A program made the position numbers and the translations under genes. The notes under the pieces are model-generated. The model saw nothing but the letters and a program-made list of their open reading frames with translations, searched no databases and was not told where the DNA came from. Shown here piece by piece: positions 24,103 to 34,214 of a DNA stretch of 64,000 nt (positions are counted from its first letter, which is position 1; each line of letters opens with the position of its first letter). The stretch lies in the NCBI GenBank assembly GCA_021155985.1, contig JAJNBA010000017.1, positions 1,779 to 65,778 of the forward strand. Direction: 5' to 3'. Source of the DNA: Actinomycetes bacterium. GTDB lineage: Bacteria > Actinomycetota > UBA4738 > HRBIN12.

Positions 24103-24363
24103 ATGGCCAGCAAGACCGCCGAGCTGCGTGAACTGACGGATGCGCAGCTCCTCGAGCGGGCGGAGTCCGCCAAAGAGGAGCTCTTCAACCTGCGCTTCCA
24201 GCTCGCCACCGGCCAGCTGGACGACTCGTCGTCGATCAAGAAGGTCCGCCACGAGATCGCGCGGATCGCCACGGTGATGCGCCAGCGGGACTTCGAGGCG
24301 GCGGCCACGGATGCCGAGGCCGGAGCGGCGGGAACCGAGTCCGGAACGGAGAGCGAGCGGTGA
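24103..24363 (+). CDS. rpmC: 50S ribosomal protein uL29
   Basis: [39 protein letters not shown]; ~20-aa acidic tail. Confidence 0.95.
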   Translation: MASKTAELRELTDAQLLERAESAKEELFNLRFQLATGQLDDSSSIKKVRHEIARIATVMRQRDFEAAATDAEAGAAGTESGTESER

Positions 24364-24638
24364 GTGAGGAGCAGCGGATGACGCAGGAGCGGGGGCGCCG
24401 GAAGACGCGAACGGGGGTCGTGGTCTCGGACGGGATGGACAAGACCGTCGTCGTCCGGATCGACCGCTCGTTCCGGCACCCGCTGTACGACAAGACCGTG
24501 CGGCGCTCCAAGAAGCTCGCCGCCCACGACGAGTCCAACGAGGCGCACGTGGGCGATCGCGTCCGCGTAGTGGAGACGCGACCGCTGTCCAAGTCGAAGC
24601 GCTGGCGGTTGGTGGAGATCGTGGAGAAGGCCAAGTGA
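24360..24638 (+). CDS. rpsQ: 30S ribosomal protein uS17
   Basis: [36 protein letters not shown]. The start is GTG 24360 or ATG 24378. Confidence 0.96.
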   Translation: MSEEQRMTQERGRRKTRTGVVVSDGMDKTVVVRIDRSFRHPLYDKTVRRSKKLAAHDESNEAHVGDRVRVVETRPLSKSKRWRLVEIVEKAK

Positions 24639-25006
24639 TCCAGCAGGAGACCCGTTGCCGTGTCGCGGACAACACCGGAGCGAAGGAGCTCCTGGTGATC
24701 CGCGTGCTCGGCGGGTCGGCTCGCCGGTACGCGAGCATCGGCGACACCGTCGTCGGCACGATCAAGGATGCGCTGCCCGGGGGCGGGGTCAAGAAGGGGG
24801 AGGTCGTCAAGGCCGTCGTGGTTCGGACCTCCAAGGAGCGGCGTCGTCCCGACGGCTCGTACATCCGATTCGACGACAACGCCGTGGTGCTCCTCACGCC
24901 GGACTCGCGCAACCCGCGCGGGACCCGCATCTTCGGGCCTGTGGCCCGGGAGCTCCGCGACCGCCGCTACATGAAGATCGTATCTCTGGCGCCAGAGGTG
25001 TTGTGA
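24635..25006 (+). CDS. rplN: 50S ribosomal protein uL14
   Basis: [27 protein letters not shown]. Confidence 0.98.
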   Translation: MIQQETRCRVADNTGAKELLVIRVLGGSARRYASIGDTVVGTIKDALPGGGVKKGEVVKAVVVRTSKERRRPDGSYIRFDDNAVVLLTPDSRNPRGTRIFGPVARELRDRRYMKIVSLAPEVL

Positions 25007-25023
25007 GGGTGGTGTTCTGAGCC

Positions 25024-25365
25024 GTGCCGGGAGTCGACATCAAGAAGGACGACACCGTCCGGGTGATCTCGGGCAAGGATCGCGGCCGGGAAGGCCGCGT
25101 GGTTCGGGTGCTCCCTCGGGAGGGTCGAGTGATGGTGGATGGGGTCGCCCTCGCCAAGAAGCACCAGCGTTCGTCGGGCCGCCGCGCGCGCGGCAGCTCG
25201 CAGCAGCTGCAGCAGGGCGGGATCATCGACGCCGAGATGTTCGTCAACATCTCGAACGTCCAGGTGGTTTGCACCGCCTGCGGCGAGGCGACCCGCATCG
25301 GTCATCGGGTCGAAGGGGATCGGAAGGTCCGGTTCTGCCGGAAGTGCGAGACGGAGCTGCCATGA
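25024..25365 (+). CDS. rplX: 50S ribosomal protein uL24 (Cys4 C-terminal form)
   Basis: [25 protein letters not shown] (KOW); C-terminal [32 protein letters not shown]. Confidence 0.96.
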   Translation: MPGVDIKKDDTVRVISGKDRGREGRVVRVLPREGRVMVDGVALAKKHQRSSGRRARGSSQQLQQGGIIDAEMFVNISNVQVVCTACGEATRIGHRVEGDRKVRFCRKCETELP

Positions 25366-25952
25366 GCGCCAAGACCGCGACAGAAGACACGTACACACCC
25401 CGGCTCCGGGCTCGGTACCGGGAGGAGCTGGTCCCCGCGCTCCGGGAGCAGCTCGGGCTGGCGAACACGATGCAGGTTCCCCGCCTGGAGAAGGTCGTGG
25501 TCAACATGGGCGTGGGGGAAGCCGTCAAGGACGGCCGCCTGCTCGACGCAGCCCTGGAGGATCTCGCCACGATCACGGGACAGAAGGCGGTCGTGACCAA
25601 GGCGCGGAAATCGATCGCCGGCTTCAAGCTCCGCGAGGGGATGGCGATCGGCGCGAAGGTGACCCTACGGGGGGCCTACATGTGGGAGTTCGTCGATCGT
25701 CTCGTGTCGCTCGCGCTCCCCCGGATCCGGGACTTCCGCGGACTGAGCCCGGCCGCTTTCGACGGCCACGGGAACTACACGCTCGGTGTCACCGAGCAGC
25801 TGATCTTCCCGGAGATCGACTATGACAAAGTGGTGAAGGTCACGGGCATGGACATCACTATCGTGACCACCGCCACGACCGACGACGAAGGACGAGCGCT
25901 GCTCGCCGCCCTGGGATTCCCGTTCGCCCAGACGGCGGCGGAGGCGAGCTGA
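25362..25952 (+). CDS. rplE: 50S ribosomal protein uL5
   Basis: ATG 25362 overlaps the rpl[47 protein letters not shown]. Confidence 0.97.
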   Translation: MSAKTATEDTYTPRLRARYREELVPALREQLGLANTMQVPRLEKVVVNMGVGEAVKDGRLLDAALEDLATITGQKAVVTKARKSIAGFKLREGMAIGAKVTLRGAYMWEFVDRLVSLALPRIRDFRGLSPAAFDGHGNYTLGVTEQLIFPEIDYDKVVKVTGMDITIVTTATTDDEGRALLAALGFPFAQTAAEAS

Positions 25953-25962
25953 GGATCGAGAC

Positions 25963-26148
25963 ATGGCGAAGACCGCACTCATCAACAAGCAGAAGAAGCA
26001 GCCGAAGTTCCGCGTGCGCGGCTACACCCGGTGCCAGCGGTGCGGCCGCTCCCGGGCGGTCTACCGCAAGTTCATGCTGTGCCGGATCTGCTTCCGTGAG
26101 CTCGCGCACCTCGGGGAGCTGCCGGGGGTGACGAAGGCCTCATGGTGA
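25963..26148 (+). CDS. rpsN: 30S ribosomal protein uS14, short zinc-binding type Z
   Basis: 61 aa; [23 protein letters not shown] (CxxC...CxxC). Confidence 0.97.
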   Translation: MAKTALINKQKKQPKFRVRGYTRCQRCGRSRAVYRKFMLCRICFRELAHLGELPGVTKASW

Positions 26149-26567
26149 TGACGAAGGCGAAGTTCTCCTCGAACGTGAGCGACCCGGTGGCGGACCTCCT
26201 GACGCGGATCCGCAACGCGAACCTGGCCTTCAAAGACGAGACGGTGGCACCGGTGTCGAAGCTCGCGGCCTCGATCCTCAAGATCCTCGACGCCGAGGGC
26301 TACATCATCGGGTTCTCCGGCGAGGGCGAGGGCGTGCATCAGGCCTTCCGGATCCGGCTGAAATACGGCGTGCGTCGGCGGCGTGCGATCACCGGGCTCC
26401 GGCGGATCTCGAAGCCGGGACGGCGGATCTACCGCGGTCGTGACGAGCTCCCGCGGGTCCAGGGCGGGCTCGGGATCGCGATCATCTCGACCTCCCACGG
26501 GGTGATGACGGACAAGGACGCCGCGCGCAAGGGCGTCGGCGGCGAGGTCTTGGCCTACGTGTGGTAG
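26142..26567 (+). CDS. rpsH: 30S ribosomal protein uS8
   Basis: [21 protein letters not shown]. The start is ATG 26142 or ATG 26148. Confidence 0.96.
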   Translation: MVMTKAKFSSNVSDPVADLLTRIRNANLAFKDETVAPVSKLAASILKILDAEGYIIGFSGEGEGVHQAFRIRLKYGVRRRRAITGLRRISKPGRRIYRGRDELPRVQGGLGIAIISTSHGVMTDKDAARKGVGGEVLAYVW

Positions 26568-26605
26568 GCGGCTGAGTACGGAGCACGGGCAGGGATGAGG
26601 ACGAC

Positions 26606-27157
26606 ATGAGCAGGATCGGCAGACAACCGGTGGAGATCCCCGACGGGGTCGAGGTGCGGGTCGACGAGGCCAACCAGGTGACCGTTCGCGGTCCCCGGGG
26701 TGAGCTCTCGCAGACCATGCACCCCACGATGCGGATCGTCACGGACGGTGGTGTCGCGCGCGTGGAGCGGCCCGACGACGTCGGGTTCAGCCGCAGCCTG
26801 CACGGGCTCACGAGGTCCCTCCTCGCGAACATGGTGGAAGGGGTCACGAAGGGGTTCGAGAAGCGGCTGCAGATCGTGGGGGTCGGCTATCGGGCCACCC
26901 TGAAGGGCAACGACGTCGAGCTGCAGGTCGGCTACTCCCATCCGGTGCTCGTGCCCCAACCCGACGGCATCGAGTTCGAGGTGCCTGCCCCGACGCAAGT
27001 GGTGGTGCGAGGCAACGACAAGCAGCAGGTCGGAGAAGTGGCGGCCACGATCCGCAAGATCCGGAAGCCCGAGCCGTACAAGGGCAAGGGCATCCGCTAC
27101 GAGAACGAATACGTCCGCAAGAAAGCCGGGAAGGCAGCCAAGGGGGCGACCGCCTGA
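26606..27157 (+). CDS. rplF: 50S ribosomal protein uL6
   Basis: [35 protein letters not shown]. Confidence 0.97.
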   Translation: MSRIGRQPVEIPDGVEVRVDEANQVTVRGPRGELSQTMHPTMRIVTDGGVARVERPDDVGFSRSLHGLTRSLLANMVEGVTKGFEKRLQIVGVGYRATLKGNDVELQVGYSHPVLVPQPDGIEFEVPAPTQVVVRGNDKQQVGEVAATIRKIRKPEPYKGKGIRYENEYVRKKAGKAAKGATA

Positions 27158-27482
27158 TGGACGCCAAGACGAGGAGGATCGCACGCGTCCGTCGTCATGC
27201 TCGCGTCCGCAAGAAGGTGGCGGGGACCGCGGAGCGGCCGCGCCTGGCCGTGTATCGCTCGAACCGGCACTGGCCGCCGCGTCCGATACCGAGGTCGAGG
27301 CTGGCGCCGATGAGGGCGCCCAGGGCAAGACCCAGCGCTCGAAAGAGGTCGGCAAGCTCATCGCCGACCGCGCGAAGGGCGCCGGGATCGACCGGGTCGT
27401 GTTCGACCGGGGTGGGCGCCGGTATCACGGTCGCGTGGCCGCGGTCGCCGAAGGTGCTCGAGAGGGAGGACTCCAGATCTGA
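27157..27482 (+). pseudogene. rplR: 50S ribosomal protein uL18, disrupted by an internal ~40-nt deletion and frameshift (or an assembly error)
   Basis: The N-terminus is in frame 1 ([38 protein letters not shown]) up to nt 27270. The conserved C-terminal part is in frame 3 from nt 27270 ([10 protein letters not shown]...[44 protein letters not shown]), stopping at TGA 27480-27482 and overlapping the rpsE ATG. The IYAQVID strand is absent. Confidence 0.85.
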
Positions 27483-28084
27483 TGTCGCGACGCTATGACT
27501 CGAGGGACCAAGAGAAGAGCCCGTACGAAGAGCGGGTCATCTTCATCAACCGGGTGGCGAAGGTCGTCAAGGGCGGCCGCCGCTTCTCGTTCGCGGCGCT
27601 GATCGTCGTCGGCGACGGCGCGGGCCGCGTCGGCGTCGGCTACGGCAAGGCGAAGGAGGTGCCTGCCGCGATCGCCAAGGGGGTCGAGTTGGCACGGCGC
27701 AAGATGTTCGAGGTCCCGATGATGGGTACGACGATCCCGCACGAGATCGTGGGACAGGCCGGCGCGGGTCGGGTGCTGCTCAAGCCCGCCGCGCCGGGGA
27801 CCGGCGTGATCGCCGGCGGTCCGGTGCGCGCGCTCGTCGAAGCGGCCGGCATCAAGGACATCCTGTCGAAGTCGATGGGCTCGTCGAACCAGATCAACAT
27901 CGTGAAGGCGGCGATGGCCGGGCTCAAAGCTCTCCGGAAGCCGCACGAGGTCGCCATGATGCGCGACCGCGAGGATCATCAGGTGGCGCCCAAGCCGATG
28001 CTCGAGGCCGTCGCCGCTGCGGAGGCGCACGCGCAGGCAGCCCGGGCCGAGGCACTGACGGAGGTTTACGGTGACAAGGCTTAA
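27482..28084 (+). CDS. rpsE: 30S ribosomal protein uS5
   Basis: [42 protein letters not shown]; ~40-aa C-terminal extension. Confidence 0.97.
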   Translation: MSRRYDSRDQEKSPYEERVIFINRVAKVVKGGRRFSFAALIVVGDGAGRVGVGYGKAKEVPAAIAKGVELARRKMFEVPMMGTTIPHEIVGQAGAGRVLLKPAAPGTGVIAGGPVRALVEAAGIKDILSKSMGSSNQINIVKAAMAGLKALRKPHEVAMMRDREDHQVAPKPMLEAVAAAEAHAQAARAEALTEVYGDKA

Positions 28085-28292
28085 GGTGACCCAGACGCGC
28101 AGCGTGATCCGCCGGCCCAAGGACCAGAAGGACACGGTCCGGCGGCTGGGACTGCACCGGATCCGCGACAGCGTGATCAAGGAGGATCGCCCCGACATCC
28201 GGGGGATGCTCGTCAAGGTCCGTCACCTCGTGCGCGTGGAGGAGCTGACGGGAGACGATCCGAAGGATGGGGTGGAGAAGGGGAAGAAGTAG
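28071..28292 (+). CDS. rpmD: 50S ribosomal protein uL30
   Basis: [31 protein letters not shown]; overlaps the rpsE 3' end by 14 nt. Confidence 0.93.
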   Translation: MTRLKVTQTRSVIRRPKDQKDTVRRLGLHRIRDSVIKEDRPDIRGMLVKVRHLVRVEELTGDDPKDGVEKGKK

Positions 28293-28727
28293 ATGAAGCT
28301 GCATCACCTCCGCCCGCCGAAGGGCGCGAAGAAGGAACGGACCCGCGTGGGTCGCGGTCGCGCGGGCGCCCGCGGGAAGACCGCCGGGCGCGGGACCAAG
28401 GGCACCGGTGCCCGCGGCACGATCCGAGCCGGCTTCGAGGGCGGGCAGATGCCGTTGATCCGGCGTGTGCCGAAGCTCAAAGGGTTCAAGAACCCGAACC
28501 GGGTCGAGTACGCACCGGTGAACGTCGAGGTGCTGGGCCGGTACTTCGACGGCGACGTCACCCCGGATGCGCTCTACCGGCACGGACTCGCGCACAAGGG
28601 AGCGAAGATCAAGGTCCTCGCCCGCGGTGAGCTCGACAAGAAGCTGACCGTCCACGCGCACGCGTTCTCGAAAGCGGCGAAGGAGAAGATCGAGGCGGCC
28701 GGAGGGACCGCCGAAGTCCTCAGCTGA
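28293..28727 (+). CDS. rplO: 50S ribosomal protein uL15
   Basis: MKLHHLRPPKGAKKERTRVGRGRAGARGKTAGRGTKG. Confidence 0.97.
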   Translation: MKLHHLRPPKGAKKERTRVGRGRAGARGKTAGRGTKGTGARGTIRAGFEGGQMPLIRRVPKLKGFKNPNRVEYAPVNVEVLGRYFDGDVTPDALYRHGLAHKGAKIKVLARGELDKKLTVHAHAFSKAAKEKIEAAGGTAEVLS

Positions 28728-28743
28728 GCTACCCTACATCACC

Positions 28744-30021
28744 GTGCTGAAAGCGTTCCTCAACGCGTTCCGGGTGCCGGACCTCCGCGCGAAGATCCTC
28801 TTCACGCTGTTCGTCATCGCGGTTTTCCGTCTGGGCTCCTACGTGCCGGTCCCCGTCGTGGACATCGGGATCCTGCAACGTCAGGCGGACGCGGGCGGGT
28901 TCCTGAACATCATCAATCTGTTCTCCGGTGGTGCGCTGACCCGCCTGTCGATCTTCTCGCTGGGCATCATGCCCTACATCACCAGCTCGATCATCATGCA
29001 GTTGATGACGGTCGTGATCCCCAAGCTCCAGCAGTGGCAGGAGCAGGGCGAGACCGGCACCAAGAAGATCAATCAGTGGACGCGGTACGTGACGGTCGTG
29101 CTCGCGCTGTTGCAATCCACGGGCCTCGTGTTCCTCTTCCACAATCCGGACGCGTCCGGGTTCGCCGACGTGTTCCCGCAGGGCACGTTCACCGGCGCGA
29201 ACGTCGCGTTCATCGTGCTGATCATGACCGCCGGGACCGCCTTCATCATGTGGCTGGGCGAGCTGATCACGCAGCGGGGCGTCGGCAACGGCATGTCGAT
29301 CCTGATCTTCACGAGCGTGATCTCCACGCTGCCCGCGGAGGGGAACGCGATCCTGCAGCAGGGAGGAACCGGCAAGTTCATCGCGATCCTGCTGATCGGC
29401 CTCGGCATCATCGTGGCCGTGATCTACGTGGATCAGGGACAACGCCGCGTGCCCGTCCAGTACGCGAAGCGGGTGGTGGGCCGGAAGATGACCTCCGGGG
29501 GAAGCACCTATCTCCCGCTGAAGGTGAACCAGGCCGGCGTGATCCCCATCATCTTCGCCACATCGGTCATGTACTTCCCCGCCCTGCTGAGCAGCGTGTA
29601 CCACGCCGAGTGGTTCCAGAACTTCGTGAACAACCACGTGCAGAACCAACGGAGCCCTGTCTACATGTTCCTGTTGGCAATGCTGATCATCTTCTTCTCA
29701 TACTTCTACACGGCGATCCAGTTCGACCCGACGCGTACGGCGGACAACCTCCGGAAGAACGGCGGGTTCATCCCCGGCATCCGGCCGGGACCGCCGACCG
29801 CCGACTTCTTGAACCGCATCCTGATCCGGATCGGGTTGCCGGGCGCGATCTTCCTCGCTGTGATCGCGCTGATCCCGACCGTCGTGTTCGCGTTCTGGAA
29901 CATCCAGCAGTTCCCGTTCGGCGGCACGTCGATCCTGATCGCCGTGGGCGTCGCCCTCGAGACCATGAAGCAGATCGAATCGCAGCTGCTGATGCGTCAC
30001 TACGAGGGCTTCCTCGGATAG
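28744..30021 (+). CDS. secY: Preprotein translocase subunit SecY
   Basis: 425 aa, about 10 TM segments; MLKAFLNAFRVPDLRAKILFTLFVIAVFRLGSYVPVP, GIMPYITSSIIMQL. Confidence 0.97.
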   Translation: MLKAFLNAFRVPDLRAKILFTLFVIAVFRLGSYVPVPVVDIGILQRQADAGGFLNIINLFSGGALTRLSIFSLGIMPYITSSIIMQLMTVVIPKLQQWQEQGETGTKKINQWTRYVTVVLALLQSTGLVFLFHNPDASGFADVFPQGTFTGANVAFIVLIMTAGTAFIMWLGELITQRGVGNGMSILIFTSVISTLPAEGNAILQQGGTGKFIAILLIGLGIIVAVIYVDQGQRRVPVQYAKRVVGRKMTSGGSTYLPLKVNQAGVIPIIFATSVMYFPALLSSVYHAEWFQNFVNNHVQNQRSPVYMFLLAMLIIFFSYFYTAIQFDPTRTADNLRKNGGFIPGIRPGPPTADFLNRILIRIGLPGAIFLAVIALIPTVVFAFWNIQQFPFGGTSILIAVGVALETMKQIESQLLMRHYEGFLG

Positions 30022-30025
30022 TCCG

Positions 30026-30676
30026 ATGCGGCTCGTGCTGCTCGGCCCCCCGGGCGCGGGGAAAGGGACACAGGGCGTCCTGCTCGCCGAGCGCTACGGC
30101 ATCCCCCAGATCTCGACCGGCGACATCTTGCGTGACCACGTGCAGCGGGGGACGAGGCTCGGCATCCAGGCGCGCTCGTACATGGATCGCGGCGAGTACG
30201 TGCCGGACGGCGTGGTCGTATCGATGGTGATGGACCGCCTGGAGGAGCCGGACGCCGACCACGGATTCATCCTCGATGGCTTCCCTCGGACCGTCGCGCA
30301 GGCCGAGGCGTTGGAGCGGGCGCTCGAGGAGACGGAGGAGCCGCTCACCGCCGTGCTGAAGTTCTCGGTCGGCGGCGAGCTGGCCGTCCGACGGCTGCTC
30401 GGGCGCTACACCTGCCCCACCTGCGGCCGGACCTATCACATGGAGTTCAAGCCGCCGGCGGAAGACGAGGTGTGCGACGTCTGTGGTTCCACGCTCGAAC
30501 GACGGGCCGATGATGACGAGCTCACCGCCCGGAGGCGGCTGGCCGTCTATCGAGAGCAGGCGTCGCCGCTCGAGCGATTCTACGCCGAGCGCGACCTCCT
30601 GCATCAGATCGACGCCGAGGCGTTGCCCGACGAGGTCGTGGACCGCACCATGGGTGTCTTGGAGGCGCTCCCGTGA
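30026..30676 (+). CDS. adk: Adenylate kinase (zinc-lid type)
   Basis: MRLVLLGPPGAGKGTQG; LID with CPTCGRTYH...CDVCGS. Confidence 0.97.
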   Translation: MRLVLLGPPGAGKGTQGVLLAERYGIPQISTGDILRDHVQRGTRLGIQARSYMDRGEYVPDGVVVSMVMDRLEEPDADHGFILDGFPRTVAQAEALERALEETEEPLTAVLKFSVGGELAVRRLLGRYTCPTCGRTYHMEFKPPAEDEVCDVCGSTLERRADDDELTARRRLAVYREQASPLERFYAERDLLHQIDAEALPDEVVDRTMGVLEALP

Positions 30677-31434
30677 TCATCCGGAAATCGGCCGACGAGA
30701 TCGAGAAGATGCGGAAGGCAGGGCGGATCGTGGCCGGCACGATCGACACGGTGCTGGCTGCGGTCGAGCCCGGGCGGTCCACGCTCGATCTCGACCGCGT
30801 GGCGGAGCGCTTCATCCGGGCACAGGGAGCGATCCCTTCCTTCAAGGGATACCGTGGGACCTACCCCGCGTCGATCTGCACCTCGATCGACGCCGAGATC
30901 GTCCATGGGATCCCCTCGGGGACGAGGAAGCTCAAGGAAGGGATGGTGCTCTCCTTGGACTTCGGGGCGATCTGGGAAGGATTCCACGGCGACGCCGCCG
31001 TGACGGTGTTCGTGGGCGGCCAAGCTCCATCCGAGGAGGCGGCGAAGCTCGCGAAGGAGACCGAGCATGCGCTCTCTGCGGCGATCGACGCGATCCGGGT
31101 GGGCGGCAGGCTTTCCGACATCGGCCACACCGTCGAGTCCGTCGCGGATGCTGCGGGATTGGGTGTGATCCGGGAATACGGAGGCCACGGCATCGGCCGG
31201 AGCATGCACGAGGAGCCGTTCATCCAGAATTGGGGTCCTCCGGGACGGGGTTTGGAGCTTCGGCCGGGTCTCACGATCGCGGTGGAGCCCATGTTCACCC
31301 TCGGCAGCGAGGAGAACAGGGTTCTCGCCGACGGGTGGACGGTGGTGACCGCCGATGGATCGCTCGCCGCCCACTTCGAGCACACGATCGCGATCACCGA
31401 GGACGGCCCCGAGATCCTCACCGTTCGAGCCTGA
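30673..31434 (+). CDS. map: Type I methionine aminopeptidase
   Basis: [19 protein letters not shown]..., metal ligands in LDFGA..GFHGD, GHGIG, EPM, EHT. Confidence 0.96.
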   Translation: MIIRKSADEIEKMRKAGRIVAGTIDTVLAAVEPGRSTLDLDRVAERFIRAQGAIPSFKGYRGTYPASICTSIDAEIVHGIPSGTRKLKEGMVLSLDFGAIWEGFHGDAAVTVFVGGQAPSEEAAKLAKETEHALSAAIDAIRVGGRLSDIGHTVESVADAAGLGVIREYGGHGIGRSMHEEPFIQNWGPPGRGLELRPGLTIAVEPMFTLGSEENRVLADGWTVVTADGSLAAHFEHTIAITEDGPEILTVRA

Positions 31435-31549
31435 ATCCGCGGGCTGCAGGTATACTTCTTCGTTCGCCCCTTCTGGAGGCCGTGTTCGCATGTCCGGCCA
31501 GCAGGGGTCGAGAGCAGGGAAAGCCCCGTTCGAAGGAAACAGTGGGAGC

Positions 31550-31768
31550 GTGCCGAAAGACGACGTCATCGAGGTCGAGGGGACCGTTGTCGAGCCCCTG
31601 CCGAACGCCATGTTCCGGGTGGAACTGGAGAACGGGCACAAGGTGTTGGCTCACATCTCGGGGAAGATGCGGATGCACTACATCCGGATCCTCCCCGGGG
31701 ATCGGGTGAAGGTCGAGCTCTCGCCGTACGACCTCACACGGGGCCGAGTGGTGTATAGGTTCAAGTAG
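31550..31768 (+). CDS. infA: Translation initiation factor IF-1
   Basis: GTG 31550 with a GGGAG RBS; [52 protein letters not shown]. Confidence 0.95.
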   Translation: MPKDDVIEVEGTVVEPLPNAMFRVELENGHKVLAHISGKMRMHYIRILPGDRVKVELSPYDLTRGRVVYRFK

Positions 31769-31797
31769 CTCGAAGAGGCCAAGAAGAGGAAGCACAG

Positions 31798-31911
31798 ATG
31801 AAGGTCAGGCCGTCCGTGAAGAAGATGTGCGATCGGTGCCGGGTGATCCGGCGCCGGGGCGTCGTGATGGTCATCTGCACCAACCCGCGGCACAAGCAGC
31901 GGCAGGGCTAG
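31798..31911 (+). CDS. rpmJ: 50S ribosomal protein bL36 (zinc-binding form)
   Basis: Not in the ORF track because it is under 60 aa. Hand translation gives [37 protein letters not shown]; AGAGGAAG RBS upstream. Confidence 0.95.
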   Translation: MKVRPSVKKMCDRCRVIRRRGVVMVICTNPRHKQRQG

Positions 31912-31924
31912 GAGGCTCGAAGGG

Positions 31925-32308
31925 ATGGCACGGATCGCAGGAGTGGATCTCCCTCGCGACAAGCGGCTCGACATCGCGCTCCGCTACATCTACGGCATCG
32001 GCCCCACGCGGGCGTACGAGATCGTGTCGGGCTCCGGTGTGGAGGGCGGGACGAAGGTCCGCGACCTGTCCGAGGACGAGGTCCTGAAGATCCGAGCCTA
32101 CATCGACCAGAACCTGAAGGTCGAGGGAGACCTGCGCCGCGAGGTGGCGCAGGACATCAAGCGCAAGATCGAGATCGGCTGCTACCAGGGCGTCCGGCAC
32201 CGCCGTTCGCTCCCCGTCCGCGGGCAGCGCACGCACACGAACGCGCGCACCCGGAAGGGCCCGAAGAAGACCATCGCGGGCAGGAAGAAGGCTCAGGCGA
32301 AGAAGTAG
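31925..32308 (+). CDS. rpsM: 30S ribosomal protein uS13
   Basis: [26 protein letters not shown]. Confidence 0.98.
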   Translation: MARIAGVDLPRDKRLDIALRYIYGIGPTRAYEIVSGSGVEGGTKVRDLSEDEVLKIRAYIDQNLKVEGDLRREVAQDIKRKIEIGCYQGVRHRRSLPVRGQRTHTNARTRKGPKKTIAGRKKAQAKK

Positions 32309-32356
32309 CGTCAGGCGGAACGAGGAGAGCGAGCCAACAGCGCGGGAAAGGGATCG

Positions 32357-32749
32357 ATGGCGAAGCCCAAGGCGAAGAAGGCACGACGGCGGGAGAAGAA
32401 GAACGTCGTCCATGGCCAGGCGCACATCAAATCCACGTTCAACAACACGATCGTCACCATCACGGATCTCCAGGGCAACACGCTCTCGTGGGCGAGCGCC
32501 GGGAACGTGGGCTTCAAGGGCTCGCGCAAGTCCACGCCCTTCGCCGCGCAGCTGGCCGCCGAGAAGGCCGCTCGTCAGGCCCAAGAGCACGGCGTCCAGA
32601 AGGTCGACGTGTTCGTGAAGGGGCCGGGGTCGGGCCGCGAGACGGCCATCAGATCCCTCGCCGCCACGGGCCTCGAGATCTCCGTGATCCAAGATGTCAC
32701 GCCGGTCCCCCACAACGGGTGCCGGCCTCGCAAGCGTCGGCGCGTCTAG
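32357..32749 (+). CDS. rpsK: 30S ribosomal protein uS11
   Basis: [45 protein letters not shown]. Confidence 0.98.
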   Translation: MAKPKAKKARRREKKNVVHGQAHIKSTFNNTIVTITDLQGNTLSWASAGNVGFKGSRKSTPFAAQLAAEKAARQAQEHGVQKVDVFVKGPGSGRETAIRSLAATGLEISVIQDVTPVPHNGCRPRKRRRV

Positions 32750-32838
32750 CGCCCGGCGAGCCCGGCACCGAGGGGGTGTCGGGACGCACCACGACGCGGG
32801 GAAGGAATGGTTGATCCCCCGCTGGAGGAGGAAGCACC

Positions 32839-33768
32839 GTGTTCATCGTCGCCAGACCCGAGATCTCCGAGAACGAGATCTCACCCATCCGCTCAAAGTT
32901 CACGATCGAGCCGCTCGAACCGGGGTTCGGCTACACGGTCGGCAACTCGCTCCGGCGGACGCTGCTGTCGTCGATCCCGGGAGCCGCGATCTCGTCGGTC
33001 CGCATCGACGGTGTGCTGCATGAGTTCTCGACGATCCCCAAGGTCAACGAGGACGTCACCGACATCATCTTGAACCTCAAGGAGCTCGTGATCCGGTCGG
33101 ATCTCGAGGAGCCCACCACCGCCTATCTGAAGTCCAAGGGTCCGGCCGAGGTCACCGCGGGTGACATCGCCCCGCCGGCGGGGGTCGACATCTTGAACCC
33201 CGACCTCCACGTGGCCACGCTCGGCAAGGGCGCGTCGCTCGAGATGGAGCTCACCGTCGAGCGCGGCGTCGGCTACCGGATGGCCGACAAGAACAAGAAG
33301 GCGCGTGACCCGATCGGCGTGATCCCGGTGGACTCGATCTTCTCGCCCGTCCGGAAGGTGTCGTACGCCGTCGAGGACACGCGTGTCGAGCAGATGACGG
33401 ACCGCGACCGACTGATCCTCGACGTGGAGACGGATGGATCCGTCACGCCGCGCGAGGCGCTCGCGTCGGCGGGCGGAACGCTCCTCGAGCTGATCCAGCT
33501 CTTCTCGGATCTCGCCGAGGCGGCGAGCGTCTCCGTCGGGCCGGCAGAGGACGAGGACCAGCCGAGCGACTACGCCATCACGGTCGAAGACCTGAATCTG
33601 TCGGTGCGGTCCTACAACTGCTTGAAGCGCGAAGGCATCAACACGGTGGGGGACCTGGTCCAGAAGTCCGAGTCCGAGCTCATGGACATCCGGAACTTCG
33701 GCCAGAAGTCGATCGATGAGGTCAAGGCCAAGCTCGAGGAGCTCGGCCTCGGTCTGCGGGAGGAGTAG
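32839..33768 (+). CDS. rpoA: DNA-directed RNA polymerase subunit alpha
   Basis: [30 protein letters not shown]; C-terminal domain [22 protein letters not shown]. Confidence 0.97.
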   Translation: MFIVARPEISENEISPIRSKFTIEPLEPGFGYTVGNSLRRTLLSSIPGAAISSVRIDGVLHEFSTIPKVNEDVTDIILNLKELVIRSDLEEPTTAYLKSKGPAEVTAGDIAPPAGVDILNPDLHVATLGKGASLEMELTVERGVGYRMADKNKKARDPIGVIPVDSIFSPVRKVSYAVEDTRVEQMTDRDRLILDVETDGSVTPREALASAGGTLLELIQLFSDLAEAASVSVGPAEDEDQPSDYAITVEDLNLSVRSYNCLKREGINTVGDLVQKSESELMDIRNFGQKSIDEVKAKLEELGLGLREE

Positions 33769-33773
33769 GCGCC

Positions 33774-34139
33774 GTGCCCAAGCCCAAGAAGGGCCCCCGA
33801 CTCGGTTCCAGCCCGGCTCACCAGAAGCTCCTGCTGTCAACATTGGCCGCCCAGCTCTTCGTGCACGAGGGGATCCGGACGACCGAGGCGAAGGCGAAAC
33901 AGCTCCGGCCGGTCGCGGAGAAGCTGATCACGTTCGCGAAGCGGGGTGACCTCGCGGCGCGCCGCGAGGTGCTCCGCGACATCCCCGACCGCGACGTGGT
34001 CGCGAAGCTGTTCCACGAGATCGGCCCTCGGTTCGAGGGGCGGCAAGGTGGCTACACGAGGATCCTGAAGCTCGGCCCGCGCAAAGGCGACGGCGCCCCG
34101 ATGGTCCTGATCGAGCTCGTGGAGCGCGAGGAGCCCTAG
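33774..34139 (+). CDS. rplQ: 50S ribosomal protein bL17
   Basis: [42 protein letters not shown]. Confidence 0.97.
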   Translation: MPKPKKGPRLGSSPAHQKLLLSTLAAQLFVHEGIRTTEAKAKQLRPVAEKLITFAKRGDLAARREVLRDIPDRDVVAKLFHEIGPRFEGRQGGYTRILKLGPRKGDGAPMVLIELVEREEP

Positions 34140-34214
34140 CACCGTGGACGGGCGGCCCGCGCGTGGCGCCTGCGTGACGTGATCGGCTGGGCCCATGAAC
34201 GGAACCCGATCCTG

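Noticed and set aside
27157-27498. Programmed ribosomal frameshifting as an explanation for the two-frame rplR.
   Set aside because: About 13 highly conserved residues are physically missing, no slippery heptamer or stimulatory structure lies at the junction, and uL18 is not known to be recoded. Deletion or assembly error is the simpler explanation.
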